A DNA stretch of 48,260 nucleotides, taken from assembly GCA_964012805.1 (NCBI GenBank), contig CAXGUD010000026.1, positions 1 to 48,260 on the forward strand, in the 5' to 3' direction. How positions within the stretch are numbered: the stretch's first letter is position 1; the number at the start of each line of letters is the position of its first letter. Below are positions 18,675 through 29,368 of this stretch, piece after piece. The notes under the pieces are model-generated. The model ran no database searches, was not told the DNA's origin, and saw only the letters and a program-made list of their open reading frames with translations. Both the position numbers and the translations under genes were made by a program. Source of the DNA: an uncultured Bacteriovoracaceae bacterium. Lineage in GTDB: Bacteria > Bdellovibrionota > Bacteriovoracia > Bacteriovoracales > Bacteriovoracaceae.

Positions 18675-19011
18675 AGGCAAGTTCGTCGCTTATATTTTTA
18701 AACCTATTCTTTTTCCACTTTTGAATCTTTTCTTTTATTTTAATAAAAAGTCCATCAATAAGCTGAGAGAGGTCTTCTGAAGAGTTTTCTTCTGAGAAGT
18801 CTTTTTTTTGTGAAAGAATTTTAAGTGAACCTGTATAGTTATGGTCTTCTTTTGAAAAATGAGCCGTAATTGAGGCATCGCTTGGAGACGACTCTTCTAA
18901 TTCGATGAGGTAGTCTCTTAATTTTCTTTGGTTTGAATGGTTCGGTTCGAACTCTTCAAAAGATACTTTGACGTTGTTGCTTGGAAAAGTGTCTGAAAAA
19001 GAAAGGGTCAT
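18673..19011 (-). CDS. Hypothetical protein, possibly HPF/RaiA-like fold
   Basis: 112 aa; beta-alpha-beta-beta-beta-alpha pattern ending LIDGLFIKIKEKIQKWKKNRF. Confidence 0.5.
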   Translation of the reverse strand: MTLSFSDTFPSNNVKVSFEEFEPNHSNQRKLRDYLIELEESSPSDASITAHFSKEDHNYTGSLKILSQKKDFSEENSSEDLSQLIDGLFIKIKEKIQKWKKNRFKNISDELA

Positions 19012-19032
19012 TTTTTTGCCTTCTATGATTTC

Positions 19033-20067
19033 TTACCAATCTAAAATAACTTTACCAGATTGACCTTTGTTCATGAGGTTAAAGCCTTCTTTGAACTTAT
19101 CTGCTGGAAACTTATGGGTAATGATTGAACTAATATCCAGGCCGCTTTCAATCATGGCAGTCATTTTATACCATGTCTCATACATTTCTCGTCCATAAAT
19201 CCCTTTAATCGTGAGTCCCTTAAAGATGACATGGGACCAGTCTATTGTCGCGTGATTAGGCAGAAGACCTAAAAGACTTATGTTTGCTCCATGACTTAAG
19301 CTTTTTAACATGTCATTAAAAGCGATGGGATTACCACTCATTTCAAGGCCAATCTTCAAATTGTTTTGAAGATTGAGCTCTTTTAAGACTGTGGGTAGAT
19401 TTTGTGTTGTCGGGTTTACGAGAATATCAGCTCCTAGGCTTTTTGCTAAGTTTAAGCGGTAATCATTAATATCGGTAATGATTACCGTTTTCGCTCCAGC
19501 GTGTTTACAAACAGCTGCTGCCATACAGCCAATTGGACCTGCACCAGTTATAAGAACATTTTCTCCAACTAAGTCATAAGAAAGTGCCGTATGAGTTGCA
19601 TTTCCAAAGGGGTCAAAGATGGATGCGAGCTCATCAGGAATATTGTCTGAAATTTTGTAAACGTTAGATTCAGGAAGAGAGAGGTACTCCGCAAATGCAC
19701 CATTTCTTTGAACTCCGACTCCTACAGTATAAGGGCAGAGATGCTTTTTCCCGGCATGGCAGTTCCTACAATTGTTACAGACTATGTGCCCTTCTCCTGA
19801 AACACGGTCCCCTTCCTCAAAGTGTTTGACACTTTCTCCGACAGCGTGAACAACTCCAAAGAATTCGTGTCCAGTGATAAGAGGAACAGGAATAACACTT
19901 TGGGCCCATTCATCCCAATTATAGATGTGGAGGTCCGTTCCACAAATAGCAGTTTTTTTAATTTTTATAAGAACATCGAGGGGGCCAATTTCTGGTATGG
20001 GAGCTTCTTCCAACCAGAGTCCCACATCCCGCTTACTTTTTTTGAGAACTTTCATGGTTTTTGGCAT
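19033..20067 (-). CDS. tdh: L-threonine 3-dehydrogenase
   Basis: [48 protein letters not shown]; downstream of kbl. Confidence 0.97.
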   Translation of the reverse strand: MPKTMKVLKKSKRDVGLWLEEAPIPEIGPLDVLIKIKKTAICGTDLHIYNWDEWAQSVIPVPLITGHEFFGVVHAVGESVKHFEEGDRVSGEGHIVCNNCRNCHAGKKHLCPYTVGVGVQRNGAFAEYLSLPESNVYKISDNIPDELASIFDPFGNATHTALSYDLVGENVLITGAGPIGCMAAAVCKHAGAKTVIITDINDYRLNLAKSLGADILVNPTTQNLPTVLKELNLQNNLKIGLEMSGNPIAFNDMLKSLSHGANISLLGLLPNHATIDWSHVIFKGLTIKGIYGREMYETWYKMTAMIESGLDISSIITHKFPADKFKEGFNLMNKGQSGKVILDW

Positions 20068-20090
20068 GGAGATCCCCCAGTTTTTCCTGA

Positions 20091-21281
20091 TTATACCACA
20101 CCTAGTTTTTTTCCAATTTTAATAAAGGCTTTCACCGCTCTCTCTAGATCTTGTTTACTATGAGCTGCAGAAATTTGAGTTCTGATTCTTGCGAGTCCTT
20201 TTGGGACAACAGGGTAAGAAAAGCCTACGACATAAATGCCTTCATTTAGAAGCTCATCGGCCATATTCTTGGCAAGTTCAGCATCTCCTAACATAATAGG
20301 AATTATTGGGTGCTCGCCTGGTAGGAGTTTAAAACCTGCTGCTTCCATTTCTCTCCTAAAAAATGCTGAATTGTCTTTAAGCTTTTTTCTAAGCTCACCG
20401 GTCTCTTGAAGCATTTCTATAACTTTTATTGAAGTTGCAGTAATCACTGGGGCAAGAGTGTTGCTAAAGAGGTAAGGTCTAGAGCGTTGGCGCAGAAAAT
20501 CGATAATTTCTTTTTTTCCGCTAACATAACCACCAGAAGCTCCTCCCAGAGCTTTACCTAAAGTTCCTGTGATAATATCAACTCTACCCATAACATTGCA
20601 AAACTCTGGAGAGCCTTTTCCTGCTTCACCTAAAAAGCCTACTGCATGAGAGTCATCAACCATAACGAGAGCATTGTATTTTTCAGCGAGGTCACAAATT
20701 CCTTTGAGGTTTGCAATAAGTCCATCCATTGAAAAAACGCCATCAGTGGCGATCATTTTAAACCGACAGCCCTCAGCTTCTCTCAGCTTACTCTCAAGGT
20801 CTTCCAGATTATTGTTTTTGTAGCGAAGTCTTTTAGCTTTGCATAGCCTAATGCCATCTATAATACTTGCATGGTTAAGACTATCACTAATGATTGCATC
20901 TTCGCTTCCTAGGAGGGTTTCAAAAAGTCCTGCATTAGCGTCAAAGCAGGATGAATAAAGTATTGTGTCTTCCATTTCCAAAAATGAGGAAATTTTTTCC
21001 TCTAGCAATGTATGAATGTTTTGGGTTCCACAAATGAAGCGGACAGATGACATTCCAAAACCATAATCTTCTAGTGACTTTTTTGCTTCAGAAATTAAAT
21101 TAGGATGGTTAGAAAGGCCTAGGTAGTTGTTGGAGCACAAATTGACGACTTCCTTTCCACCTGATTGAATTTTAGAGTTTTGAGCAGATGTGATCACCCT
21201 TTCCTCTTTATAAAGACCAGCATTTTTTATCGCTTCAAGTTCGTTTTTAAGGTGCGTGAATATATCTTTTGTCATCTTCAT
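20091..21281 (-). CDS. kbl: 2-amino-3-ketobutyrate CoA ligase (glycine C-acetyltransferase)
   Basis: [43 protein letters not shown]. Confidence 0.97.
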   Translation of the reverse strand: MKMTKDIFTHLKNELEAIKNAGLYKEERVITSAQNSKIQSGGKEVVNLCSNNYLGLSNHPNLISEAKKSLEDYGFGMSSVRFICGTQNIHTLLEEKISSFLEMEDTILYSSCFDANAGLFETLLGSEDAIISDSLNHASIIDGIRLCKAKRLRYKNNNLEDLESKLREAEGCRFKMIATDGVFSMDGLIANLKGICDLAEKYNALVMVDDSHAVGFLGEAGKGSPEFCNVMGRVDIITGTLGKALGGASGGYVSGKKEIIDFLRQRSRPYLFSNTLAPVITATSIKVIEMLQETGELRKKLKDNSAFFRREMEAAGFKLLPGEHPIIPIMLGDAELAKNMADELLNEGIYVVGFSYPVVPKGLARIRTQISAAHSKQDLERAVKAFIKIGKKLGVV

Positions 21282-21394
21282 CCCCCTGGAAAACCCTAGA
21301 TTTTTAGGTATCCTAAAGAGTATTGATTGTAAATTAGTCTACAATTATAGGTGTCAGGCGTTATAAAAATGCAACTTTACGGGAGTTGGATAGG

Positions 21395-22501
21395 ATGGAA
21401 AAAGCTTATAGTAAACAACCTCGTATTTTGATTGCTGATGACCTTCAGAAGAATATTCAGGTCATAGGGACTATTCTCAGGAAAGAAGGTTTCCAAATCA
21501 ACGTTGCCGTTAATGGCAAACAAGCCTTGGATTTGGCCGAAAAAACCATACCAGATCTTATTTTGATGGATATTATGATGCCTGGTGGAGATGGGATTGA
21601 AACTTGCCGTAAATTAAAGGAGCATAGAACTTTAAAAAAAATTCCAATTATTTTCATATCTGCAAAAAGTGAACCTAAAGATATTTTGAGAGGTTTTGAA
21701 GTTGGAGGGAGTGATTATGTGCTCAAGCCTTTCAATTCTAATGAACTGCTCGCAAGAGTAAAAAACCATCTTGAAGTTAAATTCTATCGAGAAATGCTTG
21801 AAAAACTCAGCTATGAGAGGCAAGAGTTAATTCATATTCTATGCCATGACCTCTCTAATCCTATCGTTGGGATAATAGGAGTTCTAGAAATTCTTGAGGA
21901 AGTAGAAAGCTTGGATGAAGCTAGAAAATACTTCACTTATCTTGATAAGGGGGCGAAAAACGCTTACGGAATTATTGAGTTGGTGAGAAAGCTTGAGAAG
22001 CTTGATAAAAAAGACTTTAGCCTTGATTTGCAGCTAGAAAACCTTTCTAAATTGATTGATGAAAGTGTGGGAATGATTTATTTGAAGGCCCAAAAAAAGT
22101 CTCTTGAAGTAAAGGTCAATGTTTCCGAGGACCATGAAGTTCTGGTAGAGAAAACGTCTTTTGTAAATTCTGTTCTAATGAATATTTTAACAAATTCCGT
22201 AAAATTTTCAAATCCTGGAGGTTCAATAACGATCTCTTCTCAAAAAGTTGAAAGTCAAATTTTTGTTTCTTTCAAGGATGAAGGGATAGGGATGAATGAA
22301 AAAATGTTGGAGTCTATTTTTCAAATAGAAAACCTCAAGTCTCGCAAAGGAACGGCAGCGGAAACAGGCACTGGGTTTGGAATGCCCTTAATAAAAAAGT
22401 TTATGGGCAAATATGGTGGAAGTATCTCAATATATTCCTCTGATACAGATAAAAATCATGGAACAGAAGTTGTTATTGGATTAAAAGCTAATAAGGTTTA
22501 A
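21395..22501 (+). CDS. Hybrid response regulator / histidine kinase (REC-HisKA-HATPase)
   Basis: ILIADD, DLILMDIMMP, CHDLSNP, NILTNSVKFS, DEGIGM, GTGFG. Confidence 0.95.
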   Translation: MEKAYSKQPRILIADDLQKNIQVIGTILRKEGFQINVAVNGKQALDLAEKTIPDLILMDIMMPGGDGIETCRKLKEHRTLKKIPIIFISAKSEPKDILRGFEVGGSDYVLKPFNSNELLARVKNHLEVKFYREMLEKLSYERQELIHILCHDLSNPIVGIIGVLEILEEVESLDEARKYFTYLDKGAKNAYGIIELVRKLEKLDKKDFSLDLQLENLSKLIDESVGMIYLKAQKKSLEVKVNVSEDHEVLVEKTSFVNSVLMNILTNSVKFSNPGGSITISSQKVESQIFVSFKDEGIGMNEKMLESIFQIENLKSRKGTAAETGTGFGMPLIKKFMGKYGGSISIYSSDTDKNHGTEVVIGLKANKV

Positions 22502-22519
22502 TTAAGTTTTAAGTACCAT

Positions 22520-22801
22520 TTAATGAAGGTGTAAGGAGTTTTCCAAGGTAAGTTCATCTTCTCTCTTCTCTTCATCATTCAGGAGAAATATTTTTCTGAG
22601 TTCTACTGGGATACTCGTGGCTTTGTACTTTTTCCCATTTGTTAGTCTGATCCAAAAACCATCTATAATACTTTCGCCCAAAATAATTTTAATGGGTTTG
22701 ATACTAACAACGTGATTAACATTAAATATAATGTCCACAAGGTTTGTTTCTAAAGTGTGCTCTTCTTTTGATTGAATGATTTTAAATTTCATAAAAGCCA
22801 T
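22520..22801 (-). CDS. Small hypothetical protein
   Basis: Beta-rich 93-aa ORF from ATG 22801. Confidence 0.65.
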   Translation of the reverse strand: MAFMKFKIIQSKEEHTLETNLVDIIFNVNHVVSIKPIKIILGESIIDGFWIRLTNGKKYKATSIPVELRKIFLLNDEEKREDELTLENSLHLH

Positions 22802-23082
22802 GGATTTTTGCCTTATTTTCCCAAAAAATACGTCTTTGATTTTTATTTGATGATTACAATTTTTATCAACTTTAATCAAGAATCAAAAATAAAGTCTATA
22901 ACATTTTTAAAATACTTGGAAATTCTAATATGCTTAAGTATCTGAAATTATTGAAATATTGGGAGTTTATTGAAGTTTGGGCTTTTCCCTTTAAATTTGG
23001 TTTAAGTATGCAGTGTATAATACCCGAGAGAAAAGCTCTTTTTGTAAAGAGGTGGTGAAGAGTGGAAAACGTTTTGAGTTTT

Positions 23083-23400
23083 ATGAATTTAAGGTTAATC
23101 CTTTGCACATTCTTTTTATTCTCCAGTCTTTTTTTTGGTTTTGATTGTCTAGCTCTGGAAAGTTTTAAAATCTCGGCAGTTAGGCATAGCAAGGCTTTTG
23201 CTTGTCATAGTGTAATTGGTGATGCTCGAAGGAAGGCCATCAGTTTGTGTAAAAAGCAGGGAGATAAAAAACTTAACTATGATACATATGATGTTCCCAT
23301 CGTATGTGATTGGGAAGATGTTTCCGGAGGAGATAGGAAAAACCCAAAATTCAAAGCAACAATTGAAGTGAAATACGAGTGCCGTGGGGAAGACGATTAG
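23083..23400 (+). CDS. Small secreted Cys-containing hypothetical protein
   Basis: Signal peptide; four Cys in the mature part. Confidence 0.7.
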   Translation: MNLRLILCTFFLFSSLFFGFDCLALESFKISAVRHSKAFACHSVIGDARRKAISLCKKQGDKKLNYDTYDVPIVCDWEDVSGGDRKNPKFKATIEVKYECRGEDD

Positions 23401-23402
23401 TC

Positions 23403-24104
23403 TTATTTTTTCATACTTTTCCCATAAACAGAAATTTGTTTTTTTCCTTGGGATGATAGGTCTGCAAATTCAAGGAAGAAGTTACGACTGTCTTTTCCTT
23501 GCTTTATTGACCCCTTAGTCTTGAATGAGTTTTGTCCAGGTAAAGTAACAATAGCATTTATTGGTTTTGAAGTGTCAATCCCAGAAAAGGAGTGTGGAAC
23601 ATATATACCTGCTCCAGATTCGCTAATATCTGTTACCTGAACTATTTCAACAAAATTGTCTCCGATTATATCCATGCGTATAGGGTTATTTTTACTTGGT
23701 ATAATCTTGCTACCGCCACCCTTTAAAGAGGAGAGTCCGCCTTTTCTCCTTTTTTTAATATTGAGGAGTTCTTGAACAGAGCTAAGAAGATCTTCTTGGG
23801 AGAATGGTTTGCTGAGTAGATGATTAACTCCTAAGGCCCGTACTTTTTCCTCAAAAAGGTCTGCGTATCCAGACACACAGATTATTCTCATGTCAGGGAA
23901 TTGATCTTTTATTATTTTCATTAAATCATATCCACTCATCTCTTTCATGCCGATATCTAGGATACAAAGTTTAATGTCCTTTTTTTCTATAATGGAAGTA
24001 GCTTGTTTTGGGTGAACTGTAGTCTCAACCTCTAAACCACTTTCTTCAAGGTTCATGGACATGATATCAAGAATCTCTGGATCGTCATCTACAATAAGAA
24101 TCAT
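23403..24104 (-). CDS. Response regulator with C-terminal PilZ-like domain
   Basis: ILIVDDD, ILDIGM, SG, KPF; C-terminal DISESGAG and LEF. Confidence 0.85.
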   Translation of the reverse strand: MILIVDDDPEILDIMSMNLEESGLEVETTVHPKQATSIIEKKDIKLCILDIGMKEMSGYDLMKIIKDQFPDMRIICVSGYADLFEEKVRALGVNHLLSKPFSQEDLLSSVQELLNIKKRRKGGLSSLKGGGSKIIPSKNNPIRMDIIGDNFVEIVQVTDISESGAGIYVPHSFSGIDTSKPINAIVTLPGQNSFKTKGSIKQGKDSRNFFLEFADLSSQGKKQISVYGKSMKK

Positions 24105-24230
24105 AAGTAAATTCCTTTAGTCATTCAGTTTGATGTTACCACTAATCCAGAGTTGGTGAAAGTGACGATTCTTTCCCATATTCTAAAGAAAAATATCTCT
24201 TTTATAAAAACTCGAGTAGCTATAAATCCT

Positions 24231-24884
24231 CTATGAGGAAAAGAGGAAAGGTTGCATAATAAGGAGGGGATTATCAGTAGGTGGTTTAGGGAACTTTGTA
24301 TGAGTAATCTGCTTTGATAAACACTTCAAAATATTTTTATTATGAAACCCATTTTTTATTGGAGAGACAAACTTTAAATTAAGCAGTTTACCTTTTGAGT
24401 CAATTGTTAAATAGCTTGAGGTGACGCCCTTATAAGACCTGGCGGGAAACTTTTTGTTATCAAGATTCCGACAGTTAAATGCAATGTCTTTTTTGATTAA
24501 AAGCTTTCTTATTCTAGAAATATATTGAGAAGTTATATAGTCATTACTTTTTCTGTATTGTGATTTAATCTTAGGAACTTTATCGGTTAAAGTTTTACTA
24601 TTTTTTATATTTTGAAACTTTTGAATTTTGTCTTGGTAATGAGTCTTTTTTCTTAGAAATTTTTTCTTAGCTTTTAAGAGCTCTTTAGCTTCTTTTGTAA
24701 GTTGGTTAAGAATTTTTCCCTTTTTTATATATTGGTTTTTTAGAGATTTAATATATTTTAACTCTTTTTTAAACGCTTCTATTTCCTTTATGCCTATAGT
24801 TTCTTTCGGTATTTTTATTTCAGAGGCATTTACATTTAGCTGGGATAGAGAAAGAGTTAATATAAGAAGAACTTTGAGTGTCAC
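24231..24884 (-). CDS. Secreted coiled-coil protein with AgmX/PglI (TonB-C-like) C-terminal domain
   Basis: Signal peptide; C...LTIDSKGK...CL....FPKPP......PFLF pattern. Confidence 0.65.
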   Translation of the reverse strand: MTLKVLLILTLSLSQLNVNASEIKIPKETIGIKEIEAFKKELKYIKSLKNQYIKKGKILNQLTKEAKELLKAKKKFLRKKTHYQDKIQKFQNIKNSKTLTDKVPKIKSQYRKSNDYITSQYISRIRKLLIKKDIAFNCRNLDNKKFPARSYKGVTSSYLTIDSKGKLLNLKFVSPIKNGFHNKNILKCLSKQITHTKFPKPPTDNPLLIMQPFLFSS

Positions 24885-24999
24885 AAAATACCTTTTGTTA
24901 AGCTTCTATTTTTTAATTCAAAAAAAATTGTATACGGCTTTAATATTTTTATAAAAAAATGGAGACTCTATCAAGATATTTAGGTTTTTTTAAAAAAAA

Positions 25000-26619
25000 T
25001 TAGAGTGTAAGTTCAGGTGGGGGTGAGGAAATCGCTTTATATTGTTCATTTAGAAGTTTTCTCAATTGATTCTTTTCCTTTTCGCCAGGGCCATGAATGA
25101 TACCAATGTATTCATTTTCGTCCGCAAGAGAGTATTCTTGTATGCTCTTTTTTTCAACAACTGTCACATAGAGTTTAGGTGGAAAATCCAGGCTAAGAAC
25201 AGTTAGGTTGGGTATTGGTAAAGGAGAGGAGAACTTTATGTGTGTCTCTGAAACGTATTGTAAACTTATATCCCAATTAAGGTGTGCAATACTGTCATTA
25301 TATTTTCCGTTGAGAAAAATCTTTTTTGGTTTTTTTTCACTTTTTGCTTTAACTAACTTTTCTTTTCGTTCGTAAACGGAACAAAGGTCTAAAAGCCTAG
25401 CAAGGTTAAAAGGAGAGTCTTTTATAATAAGCTTTGGGTAATCCAGTTCTTGTAGGGCATATGGGTCGCCTGAATAGTCATATATAATGATGAAAGGACT
25501 ATATCCTTTCATACTATTAACTCTTTTTATGACGTTTTTTATGACCTCAAGGTTATTGGATTTTTTCTTTATCCTAGGGCCTTGACTCTTTTCATCTTTT
25601 TCTCTCTCGTCATCATAACTAATTGTTATGATATCTGCTTTGGCTTCGGGAACAAGTAAGTATTTTGAGTCAAGGTGAGCATGGAGAATGAAGTCATAGG
25701 GATAAGCGTTCAGATCTCTATCTTTTTGGTCTATAATGCCGAGTTTATTGTCAAAAATAAGAACTTTTGTTTTTTTCTTTTCAAAAATAAGCGGTTGCTT
25801 GGACTGGATATATTTCTCATATCTTTTTTTTGTAAAAGGTAGCATTACTTTTTCGTATAAGAGTTCCTCACTATTTATCATAGGAGTTAAGGATTTCACG
25901 AAGTTTGGATTTTCAGCAGCAGCTTCGTCTAAGTCCCAAATAAACTCCATATCATATGATTGATCAAAGGAGTAGCGAAGGTCCTCTCTTATGCGTCTTA
26001 TAGGTTTCAAAAAAACCTTACTATCTTGATTTTCAAACTTTGTGTCTAAAGCAACTCGATGTTCTGGTGAGAAAGGAAAGTTTGTTTCTATGTGAATGGT
26101 TTTCTCTTCAAGGTTGCTAACCCTCATTATAGTTTCAACTTTCACATTTTTATTAAAAGGAACCTTAAAATAGTGAGGAGCTTTTATCCGCTCACCAGTA
26201 AATTGAGTAAGGAGGCATTTAAGGTAATAACCCAGGTTGTAAAACTCAGGGGCTTTTCTTTGGATAAAATGGATACCTGAAAGAAGAATTTGGTTTATGA
26301 GCGCCTTGTTGTCTTTAAGGTCCTTAATAAGGGCTATAGTAGGTATCTTTCTAAGAGGGTAATGTTTACTTAGAAAAGTACTCATTTTTAAAAGTGCTTT
26401 ATTTGACTTTCCTGAAAAATCCAAAAGGATAACGTGAGGGAGGAACTTGTAAATGGAGTTTATAGATGCGCTAAGCTCTTCTTCTTCATTAAAATAATGA
26501 TAGCAAGACTGAAAATTCAACTCAGGCTTGTTAATTTTACAATAGCTAATGAACTCCTGCAGATACCTAGGATCTTCTCCAAAATAAAGTACTTTTGCGC
26601 CCCAAGTTTCTTTAGGCAT
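25000..26619 (-). CDS. Multidomain signalling-like hypothetical protein (degenerate REC and PilZ-like units)
   Basis: PHVILLDF/IPTIAL REC-like segment; two beta-barrel-like segments; ATG 26619 preferred. Confidence 0.6.
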   Translation of the reverse strand: MPKETWGAKVLYFGEDPRYLQEFISYCKINKPELNFQSCYHYFNEEEELSASINSIYKFLPHVILLDFSGKSNKALLKMSTFLSKHYPLRKIPTIALIKDLKDNKALINQILLSGIHFIQRKAPEFYNLGYYLKCLLTQFTGERIKAPHYFKVPFNKNVKVETIMRVSNLEEKTIHIETNFPFSPEHRVALDTKFENQDSKVFLKPIRRIREDLRYSFDQSYDMEFIWDLDEAAAENPNFVKSLTPMINSEELLYEKVMLPFTKKRYEKYIQSKQPLIFEKKKTKVLIFDNKLGIIDQKDRDLNAYPYDFILHAHLDSKYLLVPEAKADIITISYDDEREKDEKSQGPRIKKKSNNLEVIKNVIKRVNSMKGYSPFIIIYDYSGDPYALQELDYPKLIIKDSPFNLARLLDLCSVYERKEKLVKAKSEKKPKKIFLNGKYNDSIAHLNWDISLQYVSETHIKFSSPLPIPNLTVLSLDFPPKLYVTVVEKKSIQEYSLADENEYIGIIHGPGEKEKNQLRKLLNEQYKAISSPPPELTL

Positions 26620-26795
26620 TAAGTTTTCCCCCGAAAAACTATTCTGCTTTGCGATTCTGTATCTAAAATAACTACGAAAAGATACCACCGCTCAATACTA
26701 AATTAAAACATCATTTTTTTACCACCTGCGCCATTTTCGTTCAAGTTTTATTGAAAAACCATATCTTTATTTCACGGATTTTTAGAAAAAACCTG

Positions 26796-27791
26796 CTAAA
26801 TATCAATAAACTGGTTAAATTCAAGCCCTAACTGAATAATTGAAGGTTCATCGAGCCGCCTCTCTTCATTTTGGAGCCGACCTGATCTTAAGGACTTAAC
26901 TATACCTTCTAGAGGTGGTGAATTTACAAAGACACCCTCAATAAAGTTAAAATGCAGTATTTGGTCCTTGAAAAAAGGAGTATTAGGGTTTTGAGCGGTA
27001 AGGAGAGTTGCTCCTTTTCGAGATATTTCTATAATTGAGCCTGTCATTTTACCACTTTTGCTAAGGTTTTTGCCTTCATTTATTGGTTCCGAGCTGGGCA
27101 CTGAAGGAGTGAGTTGAGGCTCATCTCTTTCGCTTTCTTTAGAGGAGAAGTCTTCAAAGCTTTCAATGAGCGGGTCAAAAGCTTCGTCTACTTCTTTACC
27201 TTCTTGTTCTTGTTCTTGTTCTTGTTCTTGTTCTTGTTCTTGTTCTTGTTCTTGTTCATATTTTTTTCCCTCTTCTGTCCATTGGTCCCATTGGTCAGGA
27301 ATAGGGAATTGATCCTTTGGAGTGAACTTTTTTTCTATGGTTTCAAATTCACTCGACTTCCAATGATAGGATTTAAGGGGTGTTCTGGGGTGTTCTCTTT
27401 TTTCAACTAGTAACGCTTCCCTAGGTATTTTTACCCAAAAAGAGTTATCATCACTATTTGAGATAAAGGAGGCTTTAAAAGTAAAACTATAAAAAGAGCT
27501 TCTAAAGTAAATGAAATCATCTAGAGATAGAGACTCTTCCTCAAGGAAACTATTTTGTGAGTGGTAATCATGAACTTCAACTTGAATATCTTCTTGATGC
27601 TTTTTTAAAATCTGTCCTGTTTTAATAAAGTTGTCTTTTCCTCTATTAGACTGCCAAATAATGAAAATTACCTGGCGGTCGATAGCTTCGTTGACGATTT
27701 CAGTAATTTCTTTTGGACATTCGCTTTTACTTAAACTTTTTAACATAAATTTCCCTACACTAGATAAATCTAAAGAGGCGTATGACGTCAA
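26796..27791 (-). CDS. PilZ-domain (YcgR-like) protein with acidic low-complexity insertion
   Basis: EKREHPR (RxxxR), EISRKGA, LGLEF. Confidence 0.75.
   Translation of the reverse strand: MTSYASLDLSSVGKFMLKSLSKSECPKEITEIVNEAIDRQVIFIIWQSNRGKDNFIKTGQILKKHQEDIQVEVHDYHSQNSFLEEESLSLDDFIYFRSSFYSFTFKASFISNSDDNSFWVKIPREALLVEKREHPRTPLKSYHWKSSEFETIEKKFTPKDQFPIPDQWDQWTEEGKKYEQEQEQEQEQEQEQEQEQEGKEVDEAFDPLIESFEDFSSKESERDEPQLTPSVPSSEPINEGKNLSKSGKMTGSIIEISRKGATLLTAQNPNTPFFKDQILHFNFIEGVFVNSPPLEGIVKSLRSGRLQNEERRLDEPSIIQLGLEFNQFIDI
27201..27257. repeat. Perfect hexanucleotide microsatellite (TTCTTG)x9.5 encoding (EQ)n
   Basis: Counted directly in the sequence. Confidence 0.97.
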
Positions 27792-27985
27792 TTAAACTTC
27801 TTGTAGGTCTTAATGAACTATAAAATAATTATGTAAGAAGTTGAGAAATGTCATGAAAATGCATGTAAAAAAGACTAAGTTAGCTATAAAGTTTACTAAA
27901 ATTGACGCGCAGAACATTGATATTAGGCGTTAGTCTAGTAGCTTAGCTTATATTGAAAAGAAAGTTTTTTTAAACAAAGGCAAAA

Positions 27986-28285
27986 GTGTTGGATCCTAAA
28001 AAATTTTTAGAGCTTGTAAAAAGATTAGAACAAGAAAAGGATAAAAGGGAGCAATACTTTGAGAAGGAAGACGATGTCTATAGAGAGACATTTCTTAATG
28101 AAAACAATATTCTGGACTTCTTAAAACTCGCTGAAAAAGAAGCGAGAATGAAGGACAAAAATACAGCTAAAATAAATTATTTAGAACTTTACCAGCAGTA
28201 TGAAGATAGGCAAAACGCCCTTTTTAGAAAAGATAGATTAAAGCATTCTCAGGGAAAGAAAAAAACAAGAAGCTCCTTTAGCTAA
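27986..28285 (+). CDS. Small charged helical hypothetical protein
   Basis: 99-aa ORF, 17 bp upstream of the next gene. Confidence 0.65.
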   Translation: MLDPKKFLELVKRLEQEKDKREQYFEKEDDVYRETFLNENNILDFLKLAEKEARMKDKNTAKINYLELYQQYEDRQNALFRKDRLKHSQGKKKTRSSFS

Positions 28286-28302
28286 ACTTTTTATTTGAAA
28301 TA

Positions 28303-28785
28303 ATGAATTATATAAAAAAACCACAACTTTCAGATATATATTATTTTTGCTCAAAATTGATGTCTAAAGATGAGCCAACTGATGATACTTTGGAAATAGT
28401 TCAATCTAATATTATTGATATGAGAAAAATGGGTTCTTTTTTAAAAAAAGAATGGCCTATTGATAGAAGATTAAACCCCAAGGAAGTCCTTGCAACAAAA
28501 GCAGCTTATTTGACCTACCACTTATACGAAGGAAATCATTTTTCTCAAAGAAAGTTTATTTTTTCCTTTTGGTGTGGGATGAAAATGATGGAGCAAAATG
28601 GAGCTAAATTGAATAAAGGACAGTTTTCTCGACAATTAAAAAATATGCTTAAGTTTTACTCCAGAAAGAAAGGTCCACTTTACTGTAAGTACCTTCTTAA
28701 ACAGTTTTTCAGTAATACTTATTTAAAAAATGATACATTCAAATCTTTTGGACGTGTAGGGGAAGAGCTTCCCCGTTTAATTTAA
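28303..28785 (+). CDS. Hypothetical protein, degenerate Fic/Doc-like
   Basis: KAAYLTYHLYEGNHF....FSFWCGMKMMEQNG resembles the Doc core. Confidence 0.55.
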   Translation: MNYIKKPQLSDIYYFCSKLMSKDEPTDDTLEIVQSNIIDMRKMGSFLKKEWPIDRRLNPKEVLATKAAYLTYHLYEGNHFSQRKFIFSFWCGMKMMEQNGAKLNKGQFSRQLKNMLKFYSRKKGPLYCKYLLKQFFSNTYLKNDTFKSFGRVGEELPRLI

Positions 28786-29368
28786 ATTGCCTTAAAGAAT
28801 AATTATTCTCCCCTTCGATTTGGCATAACTCTATTTTTAATGAAGTTTTAAAACTATGGTCTTTGGGTAAGTTTAGAAAAATGCGGTCTTTGTCGCGTCT
28901 TTTCACTGAGCTTTTTTGACAATACTTTGCAAAAAAGAGGGGTCTAACCCATTTCTTACAATTAGTTGAGCTAGTTTTTATTGATTTTAAGCAGTGGGTA
29001 TAGGGTACCTCTTTTTTACTTTGACTTATTTTCAAAGAACAGTTCTTCTTAGTCTTTTGGACAAGATCTATATGAAGGCCTTGGCAAGTTTCTTTATGGG
29101 ATGATTGAATTATGCTACCTTTTTCAAACTTGTCTCTTTTGATATTTATTGTACTAAGAGATTTAAGCTTTTTGGATAAAAGCGCAATTTCAAAATGCTT
29201 TTTAGAAATCTCTCCATGAAGTGCCTTAATGATTTCATTATCGGTTGGAATATTAGTTGAAGTATTTTCCTTGTTTAAAAAAAAGTTTTTAACCTCTTTA
29301 CAGGAACCTGAAATAACAATCATTAAAATCAAACCAAAATTCTTAAAGATATTGATATTTTTTTTCAT
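28739..29368 (-). CDS. Putative lipoprotein
   Basis: Basic N-terminus, hydrophobic core, ISGSC lipobox-like; Cys-rich. Confidence 0.65.
   Translation of the reverse strand: MKKNINIFKNFGLILMIVISGSCKEVKNFFLNKENTSTNIPTDNEIIKALHGEISKKHFEIALLSKKLKSLSTINIKRDKFEKGSIIQSSHKETCQGLHIDLVQKTKKNCSLKISQSKKEVPYTHCLKSIKTSSTNCKKWVRPLFFAKYCQKSSVKRRDKDRIFLNLPKDHSFKTSLKIELCQIEGENNYSLRQFKLNGEALPLHVQKI

Noticed and set aside
27114..27410. Plus-strand ORF with FLFLFL run resembling a membrane peptide
   Set aside because: Antisense shadow of the (EQ)n microsatellite inside the PilZ gene
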